Shown here one piece after another: positions 11,601 to 25,300 of a DNA stretch of 64,000 nucleotides (its first letter is position 1; each line of letters starts with the position of its first letter). This DNA is from Hypanus sabinus. Lineage: Eukaryota. The translations under genes were made by a program, and so were the position numbers. The stretch is taken from contig NC_082731.1 of the NCBI RefSeq assembly GCF_030144855.1, positions 22,382,001-22,446,000 on the forward strand. The letters are read 5' to 3'. The notes below the pieces were generated by a model. That model worked only from the letters and a program-made list of their open reading frames with translations. It was not told where the DNA came from and did no database searches.

Positions 11601-14600
11601 GTGGGTGCCGATTACAAGTTGAAGAAGACGTATTACGCCTGTATAAATTTATACGTGCGGCAGAAACGGCTGAATGAAATTAACTTTTTGAGAAAACTTC
11701 CAATTGCATTCATTAGTCAGATCCCTTCCCTATCCCATCTCAGGAGTAAAACAAAGACAATGCCTCGCCGCCAAAGATTGAGACCATTTGCCTGCAGTTT
11801 TTCTGGAAATACACATCAAACCTTCCATTGCCACATTCAACAGATTTGAATCTATATTACTTTTGTACTCCCAAATTCTTTCCTGCCATGGTCAATATTG
11901 CATTACTGGTAGTCCAATAGCTTATTTCATTCTGCACGGGGAGAATGATGACATTCAAAATGTCGGATACTTACCGATCAGAAGCGCTGCTGCAATAAGG
12001 AACAAATATATGACGAGCATGTCTGTCATCTATTCACTGTGGATTTGTACAGAAACTATTTATTCTCAAGGAAATTATTGTAGTGTTTGTAAAGAGTGCG
12101 GTCTTGCTTGGTAAGAGGTCGTTGGTTTCTTCCACGTTGCAAGAAAGTTCTTTGCCACTCCAGTCCCCCAATCAACACATGTATAATTCTGCAATATTCT
12201 TTGTTCCTGAACACAGTTCAGATTGGGCGAGACCGGACATAACATACTTCCTCAGTTCAAAAAGATTCAGTTGCATGTAAAACTTAAAGACAAAATGGTA
12301 TATCAAAATCACTTCACGAGATATCGTTTCAAGTAATGTAGTTGATTACTGTTTTTATTTTCCTTTTTGTAATGTCCAAAGCCTGGAGGTTGGTATCGTC
12401 GCTGAAGGGAATCCAGACACTGCAGATTATATTGAAGAGACAAGTTGTACAGAAGTGGTTCTAGTTCATTCTGTGTCGGCTGCAGATTGTTTGAAGTATG
12501 TAAATTAACTTCGGAAATGTTATTGGTGTCTCCGAGTCCAAGAAATTTACCGGAAAGAAACGGTAATTTCAGCCCACAATGAAGTAAACAAAATAAGACA
12601 CTATTCCTGAAGGCTTGGTGGGACCAAACGCACGTGTATCGCTACATATTGCGGGTATTTATGATAGATCCATACTTGACACCCGCTCTTCGTTTTCTCT
12701 ACACTACCATTCGATTTACCAACGGTATTTAACGCAACTCAGTGCGCTAGAGATCTGGAGTCCTGAGGCAAACAACACTGAATCTGCTTTATCTGTATGC
12801 TGATCTTTGACAGATGTAATTCGAAATTTTAACGGTGTTTATAGAGACGTTATTTTAACTGGCAGTAAAGTGGGCTACATTGCATAGAAAAAAAAACACT
12901 ACGTAGTCAAAAGCAAGGAGATCAGAAATTCTTGAAGGAAGAGTCTTACTTTATTTGTCTATTGCAGACGAAAAACTGACTACGCTGTTGTAGGATTTCT
13001 CTTCACCTTTCCTTGTGCTACATTTGTTCATTAAGTAAATCAGAGATTTTGTAGGATTTTGAGTACATAAGAACACTGTGCTGGCTAGGTTATCTGCAGT
13101 TCTGCCGCACAGTCTGAGCTTCATGAACCGTGACGTTAGCGGGATTCTCGGTTCGGCATGGAAGAAAACAGAAAACTCCTGAACATTTTCCAAGGGAATG
13201 ATATTTTCTCGCATGGGCATACTTTCGTTATAAACTGAAAAAAAGTGGCCAGAGCTGGCATATTTATAAGCAACAACAACAACATCATCGGATAGGTCAC
13301 GTGACGTTTACTGTGGAGTCAGGCAGGCAAAGGTACAGTTTTTGATGTTGCGGTTCTAACCGTTTATCATAAACGCCGTCGAAATTTACCTTTGATTCCA
13401 AGAGTCAGGATTGGTTAAAAGTAAGATACAAAGAAAGAGAAGAATAAGCAACGTCACGATTTTATGTTTAATTTGTAAAATGAAGCTTGATGGGACAATG
13501 GATATTAGCTTTGATTTTACCTATTTCTTTCTGTAAGCTTAAATATTTGCTTCTGTAACAAGTAAAATAATATCTTTGGTCTGTTTGCATCTGTTGAAAA
13601 TGAGACTGAATTATCGTTTTAGGTTTCTCCCTGTTTTCTGTTGCACTGATCTTGATAAAAATACAGAACTGCAGACAGAATCAGGCAGAACAGACTGCTG
13701 GCAACAAAACTGCCCTCCTGGCATACACAACTTCTAGGAGAAACACAAATGGTCAGTGTAGTGAAATTCTTTCATATATTTATTTGTGTTTTTTTCGCAG
13801 AGTTTGTTGCCGTTAAGGTCAACTAGCTGAATAATAAAAATGGCCATCTTTATCATCACGATACGCGTGTGACGAGCGCGATCATTTTCTTTGATCATGT
13901 TGTTTCCCTCAGCAATTGTTTGTACAGAAATAGCATGACATTGTTAGCTTTCGGGCATAGACTTTCAGGACGGTTGACCCTAACAATTAGGAATAGTCTT
14001 CCGAGATTGTCGGCATGGCATCAGTGGTCACACAATCAGGAAATGAGATGTTCACTGGTACTCGTACGACCATACGTTACCTACACCCATGGCTTCACGG
14101 ACCCTGATAGGAGATAAAAAGCTGCTGCACCGATTCCAAACTGACCTGCAGACTCTTGAAGGGAAGATTCTCAGTGTGTGCTCGTATTCATTGTGTTTCA
14201 AAGATGTTTCAAAATGTTAGAATTTGCCTATTGTTTTGCATGTGAATGGTCAATAAAAGTTTAACTGAGACAGTTAAAATGCACAAACGTTATTCTGCTT
14301 GATTGGATGAATACATCATCAATGGAAATTTGTCAAGATCTTGACAAATCGTTTACAACTTCATTAGCCTGTATTTGAAATATCATTGAACAAATTGACT
14401 GTTTTCGAAGTCCCCATGTTAACATATGCGTTTTACGTTCATTGTATGATGTGCTGTATCATATTTTATCCATTTACTGTTCCATTGCGATGTGTAAAAC
14501 AATGGGAAGCTGGTTCTATATAACGGGGATGTTTTTTTTTTTTCTCATCACTCCGCGATGCACTGCATCATTGCCATTCTCCAACACCGCGCAGCGCTGC

Positions 14601-14899
14601 CACGATGATAAATGTTATACTTCCAGGTGATTTTTAGAACGTAGCGATCTTTACTGTTTGTATGGACAGTTTTCTTTATTTTCCTGTTACGCTCTTATTC
14701 GCACCGAAATACGTTTCAATTCATCGGACTTAGCGAGAATTGCAACTACTGTCATCTCATGCATCAATAAATCTTTGAGCAGAATACAGGAAAAATGCAA
14801 GACTGAATTGGAAGTATAGCTGTCAGTCTCTCATCTACCTCAGTATACACGTCGGCATAAACCGCCTCCAATTTGTGTAGGGTTATCAGTAATATAAAC

Positions 14900-16550
14900 C
14901 GTAATGTTTATTGTTAACTCTTAATAATAAAATGGATTATCTGTAATGTTAACTGACGAGGTAATCTTCTTTGGAGCGGAAATGCTTGGGATATAATTAT
15001 AGCTAACGAGGAGCTAACCAATGGAAGTCATGTTATTCTATCCGTATGTGTCGGAAGCTGGGTGAGTGTGCGGAAAATGCGGTGAGGAGAAGCGAAGAAG
15101 CAGGACGTGCGTGAAGCGCTCTGGTACACCACCGTGATTGGTCCCAGTCCGACGGTCCAGGACCTCTGAGGAAATTGTGCTGTGGAGGAATACCTGCTGA
15201 TTGAGCTCCGACGATTTTTTTTGTGCACGAAATATTTTAATAAAATGTGGCGCCTTTTTCGTTTTATTTTCCTTTTATACTCAGTTTCTCTGTCAAAGCG
15301 TGGGGAAGAAGTCCATTTCCGTCGGGCATAGAGCTGCACGGAGCCCCTCGGAGAGGGAGTCCCAGGGCATTCAAGCAGAGAGAAGTGTAGGGGAAATTAT
15401 AGGAGACTCAGTGAGGGAACATCATGATGTCACCAGGGAAATACGTTCCCAGCACTGCACTATAGATCCCCCGAAAGCAAAACACCCGGTTTCGGAAGGA
15501 TTAGTGAGATCCCAATCTAGCGTGTCGCGACAGAGAGAGGGAATCTGTGCTAAAGCCATACTCGACACCGGATCGCAGGTCACGTTACTATACCGTTCGT
15601 TTTACAATCAGTATTCTTAGCATTTGCCCCTGACCTCATTCGGTGCACTAGATATTTGGGGAGACAGTGCTGGTGATGATCCGTATGAAGGGTACTTATC
15701 AGTGGGACTGGAATTTTCAGAAACCGATGTGGGAATGTCCGATGTTCTGGAAACGTTAGCGCTGGTTTGTCTGGACCCGGTTGAGACGGGAGTTGTTTCC
15801 ATTCTGCTGAGGACCAACATACCTGTTGTGCGGAGGCACATCGGGGCCTGCAAGGAGAGGACGAGTGAAAAGTTTTTGGAGACCTGTGCTGTGCACCCAG
15901 TGTTTCGAGCTGCTTTTGAGGAAGACCGGATCCGCCCTGTCCCGGATACTGAATTCAAACGAAGGGACTGTGTGGTGCACCCAGTCGAAGCGAAAGGTAA
16001 TAAAGCCCTGGGAGGTAGCGAGAGTGAACGGAAGCCCCACATTTACCGGAATGCCTGATGGCGTCTCTTTTAGCGGACGTCGCGGAAGACCTCGAGGGGT
16101 TGTCACGATTTCTGGCTGGGTTGCTGGTGAGGCCCGAAATGCAAAAGCCCTCGCTGGTACAGGCGAGCAGGATGACTGCCGTTCGCGAACTTCTGCACAA
16201 CGTCAGGTTTGATGGGGGTTGGTGGGGAGGGTGCGCAGCACTCTTGGTGGGTAACAGAGAGTGCAGCAGGACTAGTTAGGAGAGGAAGTGGGGCCTGAAC
16301 CCGAGACACGGGGCTCCGAGTTCCAGTGCCAGTCGCCCCATGCAACAACACCTTCTACGAATCACAGAAACGTCCATAACAAAAAAATAAGCTCCACACA
16401 ATGGGTTAGTCCTGACGAAGTTTCTCTGCCAGGAACGTCGACAGTGCTTCTTCCTATAGATGCTGCCTGGCCTGTTGCGTTCCACCAGCATTTTGTATGT
16501 GTTGCTCAACACTATAGGAGAAATTTGACTAAATCCGCGGGTTCTGCAGG
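14900..16550 (+). mobile_element. Decayed Gypsy LTR retrotransposon: LTR remnant plus gag/protease fragment
   Basis: Aspartic-protease motif AILDTGSQVTLLYRSFY in ORF 15201-15620. 14941-14962 matches 2235-2256 at 20 of 22 nt. Confidence 0.7.
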
Positions 16551-19500
16551 TGGCTGAACTCTAAATGGACGGGAAGTGAGATGGGGAATTTGTCATTTGT
16601 CCCTTCCTCAAATAATATGATATTTTAGAATATTTCACATTGGTTTTATCATTTTGGAGCACGTCGCTGAGACATTGGCAACGTCACAATTTCCAGTCAG
16701 TATGCTGCTGGATGTAACTACAGCCATTTAAGTTGAGTCACGTTATTGATTGAGTCTTTCTATGCAAGATGATGCCGTTAGAAATCAGTTGATATTTTCT
16801 GCATTCATTCCAGAAATGGCAAAGCACGTCAGCGTATTATGAACAGTGAACTTTTTAGCCAAAAAGGAATTTGACAAGAAGCATTAGGAGTATACCGTTT
16901 GGACAGCTGGAGCTGTTGTGACACTAGACATTGCATGTGGTTTACCTACTTCACTAGAATTGAAATTCCTAACGTCGTTTTCGCGAATTGTACTTACACA
17001 GATTTCCAAAGGCAACCAACATTATTCCACAAACCCTGCTGAGGACCTGTCCACACATATAATTTACCAACCATTTTGAAGCAGGTCACTGAAGAATCGT
17101 ATTTTAAAGGACTTTGCCGAGACGTGGTTGCAAACTTTTATGTGTTTCCCCAAATTGAAGTTCAGTGGTTTCCAAGAGGAATTCTTGGAGCGCTTAGTGG
17201 CAGTCAGGATGGAATTTACACTTTCGCTGAAAAATATATAGAAACCAGTACTTGGAACAGATTGAAATAATGGTATGTACCCCTGGGTCAGCTTGACTGG
17301 CAGGTATTTTTAACCATACAAATGAAATAAAGCTTTCTATTTAGTATCCTCCAATCACCATGCTACTGAAAATAAAACCACGCTTACATCGCTGAGCTCG
17401 GAAGCAAATAATAAAGGCCAGCATCCATGCATTTTTTTAAAAGCGAGAGGAAGTATTTCAACGGAATAATGCTGTGGTTGAAAATATTTTCTGTTTCATT
17501 GCTAAAGGGATTTACGAACAACTAGAAGCAGTTCTTAACTTTTTAAAAAATATAACTCCATGTTGATACTTTAAAGTTGACAATCGGATTTTCAATCCTT
17601 TGTTCTCCAATGCACACTACCACGAATATGATGATCTTCGGAATGCGTTGACCTTGAAACAACAGAAAATACTATAACTGGTGTTGAACACAGAATGTAT
17701 TGGGCAATTTTCTTGCTCCTTTAGGGAGTCGATCTTCACATTGTAAAGCGAAATATATGAGGTTGAAATCCATTTTCAAAAACATTTGATTGCGAATCGC
17801 ACAGTTCAACTCCTGTGACTATTAGAAAAAATGAAAGGATATAGATTTTGAGATTATAACCGAATTTCCTAAAATAGTGATAAGTCATATGCTGACGACA
17901 GCGACCAGGTAACATACCAGTTCTAGGGTGGGGCAAAGTAGATTCAATTTGTTTTGCATGTGATCAAGCAGCTTCATTATAACGAGAGACTGGTGACCCG
18001 AGGTTTGTTCTCCAATGAGCGGCGGTGAATCTGAAGGGACGTCGTTGTGGTACATAAAATGACTGGCATTGATTGAACAGACTGCCGAAAAAGAAAATCA
18101 TAATATCGCTTAGATACAAGGAGATGCAGTGATGTTATTCCGATGGAAGATGACAGGACCCTGCTTCACTTAGTGACTGATAAGTACTAGACAATATCTC
18201 AAGGAGACGTCCGTTGCAGATGGTTAGCTATCAGTAATGCAGAGGTATGTAAATACAGAAAAATCCTCACGAGACGGTATTTTGTGCACCAAAGTACTGA
18301 CAGGCCCTTTTGATTGGAATCACCCAACAAGTCGGTCTCTGACGAGTTACTCTGCAACACAAGCTTAAAAGCTGAGCCAAATGCATCTATAATTTGTGAT
18401 ACTTGTACATGTTGTTTACTATGTAACATAGTACTCAATGGCAAAAGATTCAGCCTTTCATTTCCATAATAACCGTGTTAATCTTAATACCTAGTCTCAT
18501 ATATATCGTTAAGGACAGTTGAATCAACTCGATATTGCGCATTGGCCAGAGCATCCAGGCAATAGTTGCTGAATGTATCGTTGCATTGTTCAATCTGCTC
18601 TTTGTAACACTGATTTAGCACTGGTAATTCCATATTAATGCAGTAACCGGAAAGTGTTCTTTAAGCCTTCTTACTTTGATTCGTGTCGTAAATAAGAAAA
18701 CATCACAGAATGTAGCATGTGTTAAGTATTTTAGCTTTTCTTCCTTTAACGGAGTACCAGCTGAACATTGCATACACTTTTCTTTGCAATGATTGCATGT
18801 ATTGCACAGATGTTACTTTTTACCCCGTACATTGGCCTCTCTATAAACAACTCAATATTGAGCAGACAGATGCTTTATTTCTTGGCAAAGGACTGCAACA
18901 CCATCATTGTTCAGCCAAGCCTTACATTTGCCCTTTCTTACGTAAGCATAATCTTTTTTTATATACATATTGTTTCAAAACATTCACAGGCACTAATTCG
19001 TTGGTCTGCTTCATTTCCAGTCGAATTTTAAAGTTCTGTACAATCTTACCGTATTCTGTACAACGTTGTTTTAAGTTCTTTAGCAATTTATGCATGGAAT
19101 GCAGATTTCCCTAATCTCTCCAATTTGTTGCTTCAACGACTCAAAGCCGATGCACTCACCAACTCTGTGGTAAAAAAGCACTATTGAACACTTTCATTAC
19201 ACAGAATGCATAGAAGCATTATTTTTAATTGAAAGGATAATATAATCATTTTTTTCAATTTTACAATATCAGATTCAAATACTTCACAGGCTATTACCTT
19301 TACTCTTGCTTCGCACTCATTTGGAGTTTATTTTGGAATTTATTTTTTCGACATTCTCAAGATGCAAAACAACTCAAGTTATCAATTGAGGAAAGGAAAA
19401 AAATATTATCAACAGTTGAAAATTTTTAACAGGAAGTTGTAATTATATTTAGATTTCTTAAATATAAATTCCCAGATAGTCAGGATACGGAGATTTTCAC

Positions 19501-22500
19501 ATCGAACAAAAACAAACAAAGGATACTATCACATTTAAATGATACAGAACACTGAGCGGCACAACGACAAAGGGAATATAGTTTAACGAGACGGGATGTT
19601 TGCTCAAAGGGCTGGCGATTTTCTTATCAATTAACTATTTATTTCCACTCTTTGGTTGTTCTTAAAATTTGCATCAGTATTTTAACTTGAACCACTGTCA
19701 ATGTAAAACATTAAATCTGTAAAATATCTCAATGGTTTATTATTTCGAGTATTTATGCATTATATTCTTTACACAATCAATCCGTTATGTTTCTAATTTA
19801 TATTAGCATAGTTTTCTAAACTCGATTGGCGCAACATGAACTGCATTCTAATGTTACATGGAATAAAATTTCAGTGGTGTGGCAACAATGCATGTGCGCT
19901 GGCAAATTAGTTACTGAGCAGCCGCACAACCACACAATATACAGGGAGCACTGTTTTGCAGACAGCAGTAGAAGGCAACACGAAATAATCTATGGACAGA
20001 CTATGCAGAGGCAGATCTCGGGAGGTTAAGTTCAGTTTGAGGCGATGTACAGAACATACGTCATTGGAGAAGAGGAACTTTAGATACAACATTCAGAATA
20101 TCGCTTAAAAACAACTGAAGCAGTAGGTAACATCTGACATCAGCGAGTCAGGCACAGATCGGCAAGTGCCCTGGGCATCTGGTGAACATTTTTGCTATTG
20201 TAGACATCATGATGAACCTCAAGACGCAGAAATTGGCGCCCATAACCTGATGCCCATAGACGATAACATTGGGAAACAAGGGACGGCTTGAATGCTGCAG
20301 AGAGATTTCGAAATCGCCAATCGTCTCTCATCAGAATAGATTGAGTTGTATTTTTAATGACTGATGCACAGTAAAAGACTTTGTAGAAAAAGAAAACACA
20401 CTCTCTTTGACATAAATGTTCAAGTTCCTTAATATCTCGGAAACTAAATCATCTGTTTAATCCATGCGTCGGAAAGCTATTTATTGTTCTAAACATTCTG
20501 TGATACTTGTGTGCAGATTTAAAGGTACCTCGTTCTTATATTATAAGAGAGGACTCGAAAAGCTAACGGGCCTCTCCTGCTTCTCTGGCCAAATTGGGAA
20601 TAATATTTACTGATTTTATTCACAAAAACTGTCCAATTGCTTCTATTATGTTAGTGTAACTTCCAATAGCAAGACAAGGATATAATTCTCTGCAACTTAC
20701 AATACCTTGTTTTACTGTTTTTCTCATTTTTCATTTTTCTTCATGTCTTCCTTCTTACCCCTTCTGCGTATCACATAAATCTCGTGCCCCTCCTACCGCA
20801 TCTCCCATGCTGCACTCTTCACGACGATCAGAATTTCATTTTTCTTCTGCAGCCGTATATGTCTTCCATTTATCTTTTCCCATATTATCACTTCATATTC
20901 CGTTACTCATTAAGGAACCTCGCCCGTCACCTGGATTCTCCAATTATATGCCATCTTGTGACCTGCCCAGTTCCCCGCCATGTCATTTGGGGTTGCTTCC
21001 GCTTCCTTGCCAGTCCTGATATAGCTTCTCAGTCCGAAACTCCGGCCATTTGTTCATTTCCATAGATGCTGCCTGAACCGCAGAACTTCTCTCGTCTTCG
21101 TCTGTATCATTGCCAGTTCAGTATTACAAGGAAAAACTGGGCAAGCTGCGACTGTGATAGATGAACTGAATCTCTGATGTTATTAAGTTTCATAAAAACT
21201 CGATAATCTGGAGCTATCACAAAATAAGTTCGTTGCTCACAAGCTTTTTATAGAAAAATGGAGTTTGTAATAGCGGAGAAAGATGCTAACAGATTAAATT
21301 CTGTGCAGATTCTGAAGGTTATTGCGAGTACAAACTATTTCAAAATAATTTAGCACATTCTTCACTTGATTTGGGGAAACGACAGTTCCTCGTAGTTTCT
21401 TCGACGTGCATAGTATAAAATCGTTGTTTCTGAGGAAACATCGTTAAATTAAGATATTTTAGAAATATTGCTGCAGTTCTTGTAGGCTATTTTGTACGCA
21501 ATAATCATGAGACACTGATGACAAATTTTAAATCATGACAGTAGGTAACTCGTGAGCCGTTTAGGGTATTGTTCTCCTATACTTGATTCCGATTTATTAC
21601 TGATGGTTAAAGTTGTGCAGTACTGAGAGAGAATAAATCTCTCCTTCAGAAACCACACTGTATTGTGGAAACAGTGTACACTGCACCTTCCGGCATTTTG
21701 TGTCGCAACGAAACAATGTTTACTTGTATGAGTAGTATCGGTAAACATGTATTATTTTCATTCTATGTGCCGCATTCTGTGTGTTTGCAGCGGTTAAAAG
21801 ATGAATGTCTGACGTGTAGTCTGCATGCTGTATTGTCTTTTGATTGAACTGTATCTAATCACCATGGTTCAGCATTATCTAACATTTCTCTTTTATTTTG
21901 CCAACGGCATAATCCATTGCAGTAGAGAATCTGATCCTCAGGATCTTCTTGTAAAAGCCAAAGATTCCGAACAAGTGGAAATACTGGTAGTCTTTAATGT
22001 AATCCTTGCAGTATCCAGCAGATTTATTTTGCTGTGGACATCACTACTGACGAAGTTTGGTTTTATCAAAATAGTAAGGAATAAGAGAAGGAACATGTTT
22101 AATCATTTCTCTGTATCTGACGGGAGGGGTCTATTATTCAAAAATCTGAGCTCCTGCACAAGTAGAATACTTATTCGGAGAACGAAAGAATTTCAGAAAG
22201 AGTCTGTCCACCCTCTCAAGTACTTCCATAGTCTTCTTAGGAAGGTTAAGCGTAACGAATATTAAAATGACACGAGATCCACCAGGCTTCGTCTGATCGT
22301 GCAAATTACGCACAGGTTAACAATTCCGTGTGCACGTTCTCCTCTTCAGAGGAAAAACAATGCAATGTTGTCAAAAATATATAATGTAACTGCTATAATG
22401 TGAATTCGAAAGGGCCAAATATCCTCCAAATTCGTATGAAGTAGTAGGAGAGTCAAAACGTGCATCAGTGGACTTCACAGCTGAAACTGTATAGACATCT

Positions 22501-23165
22501 TCGTTTTTATTTACGTAGTTATTTCTGTGTTCCTTTACTTGAAAGGAGGACCAAATGATTTCATCCTACCATAATTAACTCTGGTTTTCGTTGTTTGCAT
22601 GCACACGGGAGGAATTATCGCTTCACGCAATATTTTAAACCAACAGAGCTCGACCACACGAATGATCCACTAATGCTGTCATTCAACGTGGGGAATTGAT
22701 TTTAGTGAACCAATTATCAGAGTGAAACAAAAGAAGAAAAAATACATGAGGCAAACGAACACGTCAGAAAAGAGATCGAAATGTGACTGAATGAAATGTT
22801 GATGCTTCCGAAATGAGCACCCAGGACTATGGAAATTTATCCATCCAGAGGAACTGCGAGCTATGGTTGAATATTGGGACAAGTCTGTTACCCTGTTCTT
22901 CTAATCTTAATTATGGCACTTGCGTAAAAAAAATAGAAGGCAAAATCTAAGCTCGTTTGTAGTGTTTGGTGTCGATATAACTTCATCACGAATGTCAGGC
23001 GAATTTTAATCAATTGGAGAATTGCTCAAGACTTCTACACGAACAGACAAACAGCTCCAGATGCTGGAATGTCTTACTGTAAACACACAATGCATTTCCA
23101 CTGTGGTCATTGCATCAGTGTGTGTCTTCCTGCCAAACGTGTCGCGGAGCCAGAGCTATCTGTAT

Positions 23166-23180
23166 GCTGCCCCCTGTCGT
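23166..23180 (-). promoter_or_regulatory. CTCF-like motif downstream of the V2 RSS
   Basis: Minus strand ACGACAGGGGGCAGC against consensus CCACCAGGGGGCAGC, about 25 nt past the nonamer. Confidence 0.55.
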
Positions 23181-23204
23181 CTGCAAATTGAAACATTTTA
23201 AAAA

Positions 23205-23243
23205 GGTTTTTGAAGAGGCGTTCTATAGCTCGGCACTAATGTG
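23205..23243 (-). other. 23-RSS of V2
   Basis: Minus strand CACATTA + 23-nt spacer + TCAAAAACC. Confidence 0.9.
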
Positions 23244-23684
23244 GGCACCATGGCACAGAAAAATACGGCAGAGTCAGAGATACGAGCATCAGATATTTTG
23301 AGTGGAACCGTCGCTCTTTCTTTGTCTACTGCAGCCGAAAAACGGTCTGGGCAATCCGGGGATTGATCTCCACCAGTTCCTGTCGGGTATCTCTTCAATA
23401 AATATCTTAGAGGTTGTCCAGGATGTTCCATGTACCAGACCAGCAGGTTGGCATCCTTTGCAGAGTAGCTGCAGTTCAGTAACACAGTCTCACCTTCATG
23501 AACCATGAATACTGCCGGATCCTGGATTACCAAATATTCAGCCCTGGCTCCTGGAAGAAAACAAGAATCTCATGAGCATTTCCCATGCGACAAACACCCC
23601 AGAGAACGCTGACCTTCATTATAAACTGAACATACCCGGCATAGCAGACATAATTATTAGTGACCACAATCGGATTGCCCACAT
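23244..23684 (-). CDS. TCR alpha/delta-like V gene segment V2 (leader exon 23684-23636, intron 23635-23551, V exon 23550-23244), apparently functional
   Basis: Leader MWAIRLWSLIIMSAMP, then a GTATG...TTCCAG phase-1 intron, then GARAEYLVIQDPAVFMVHEGETVLLNCSYSAKDANLLVWYMEHPGQPLRYLLKRYPTGTGGDQSPDCPDRFSAAVDKERATVPLKISDARISDSAVFFCAMV. Canonical Cys/Trp/Cys, no stops, followed by an RSS. Confidence 0.93.
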
Positions 23685-24519
23685 GTCGTCTACTTTGTCG
23701 AGAACTACTTGCGACTGTGGAATGTTCAGACGTTACTGTTCTGACTGGTTAACAGACACGCGCTCGAAACATACCTTCCATCTAATAGTCATGATTGGTT
23801 CTTCGAATGATAGAGACGACTAAAAAAAAAGCAAAAAAAATGAAAGCAATGAAGCGATTGGTTATATTGGCTGCACGTTGTACGGTAATTGGTGAATCAT
23901 GATCAGCATTGATTTATCCCTCATTCTTACTAAAAGCCCATTCCACGTCACTTGTATCTGTATTAAGAAAATCAAAGTCACGAAATATGTATCTCACGTC
24001 AGGTGGTATCTGTTGAAAATAAGACTGCGTTGGCGTGTTCGGAATGATCTATTTTCCTTTGCCCAGATTTTATCGAATCTCATAAATTTATACCAAAATG
24101 GAGGACATAATTGCTCTACAGGACAAACAAGAAGACACAGCACACGCGAAAACACGGTATCGTTGACAATAACCACATGTATAGTATTGCGAAATCGATC
24201 TCTATTCAGTGCATGTGTATTTTCTGCAGAAATGGTCAATGTTGAGATGAACATGCAGCTGAATGAACATGGTTATTATTAGCATCATTATTCGCCGTTT
24301 CGTATGATGTGGGCAGTCATGATTTCTGCCCTGATTGTTCTTGTTGATTTTAACATAATTGGTTTCTATTGTTTTCTTATGATCGGTGTTTTCGAAGCAA
24401 AGTGATAATGTCCATTACCAGTTGTCTTCCAGTTTTGTCTCCATGGCGCATTTGCTCGCACGAATTAGGAGATCCACTAGCTGCTCATACGACAATCAAG
24501 CACCAGTTCTCATGAATTC

Positions 24520-25300
24520 ATAACAGTGACAAGAACACACTGGTGGTTCGGAAGGTACTAGAGGTTATCACTGAGGAAGAAATAGGGATCCTGAAAGAAA
24601 TGGATCCATCAGGCAGATGCCGCATGAATTCATCAAATATTTCATAAATGACTTATCCAATAGATAAGGGTATATAGAGTTCAGGGTAATGCATTAGCAC
24701 AGAAGGTGGAATGGTTGACTGACAGAAAGCAGACGGTTGGGATACAGGGTTTATATGCTGTTTGGATATCAGTGCTTCCTGGTATGTCGAAGAAATCGGT
24801 GCTGGGCACGCAGCTCTTCATGATATACATTAACAATCTGGAAGTTTGATGATGGCACTAAATTAAGTTGAAAAGCAAATTTGTGCAGAAAATACGGAGA
24901 GTCTTCGGGGAGATGTAAATAGCTTTAATGCGTGGGCATGGGTCTGGCAAAGAAAAAAAAATCAATGTTTGTTAATGCGATGTCATTTAATTGGAAACTA
25001 ATGTGAAAGGGCCGATTATTATTTAAGTGGTAATTATTATAGCGGATGTCGTTGTACACATGCAACTGGAGTTCTTGTGCTTGTTCTTGTTCTTCTTCTT
25101 CAAGAGGGTAGGTTTTCAGGTGGAGCAGCATATCAAGAAGTTGTCGTTGATTCCAGAAGAGATGTTTAGACTTTGAAGAGAAATCTAGTGACCTGGGTCT
25201 GTCCTTGGTTTTTCTAGAGTGTGGAGTATTTGTGGAATTCATCGACCAATGAAACACTGGCGGCAACCTCAGTAAATAAACTGAAGGCCAGGTTAGATCT
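24520..25300 (+). mobile_element. Highly decayed CR1-type LINE fragments
   Basis: RT-like and 3'-end-like sequence similar to the clearer CR1 copies in the window. Boundaries approximate. Confidence 0.5.

Noticed and set aside
13750-14117. Hydrophobic MVSVVKFFHIFICVFFA and a downstream ORF with LSNCLY and GRLTLTIRN, superficially leader plus V
   Set aside because: No Trp or YYC at V-set spacing, no splice donor, no RSS.
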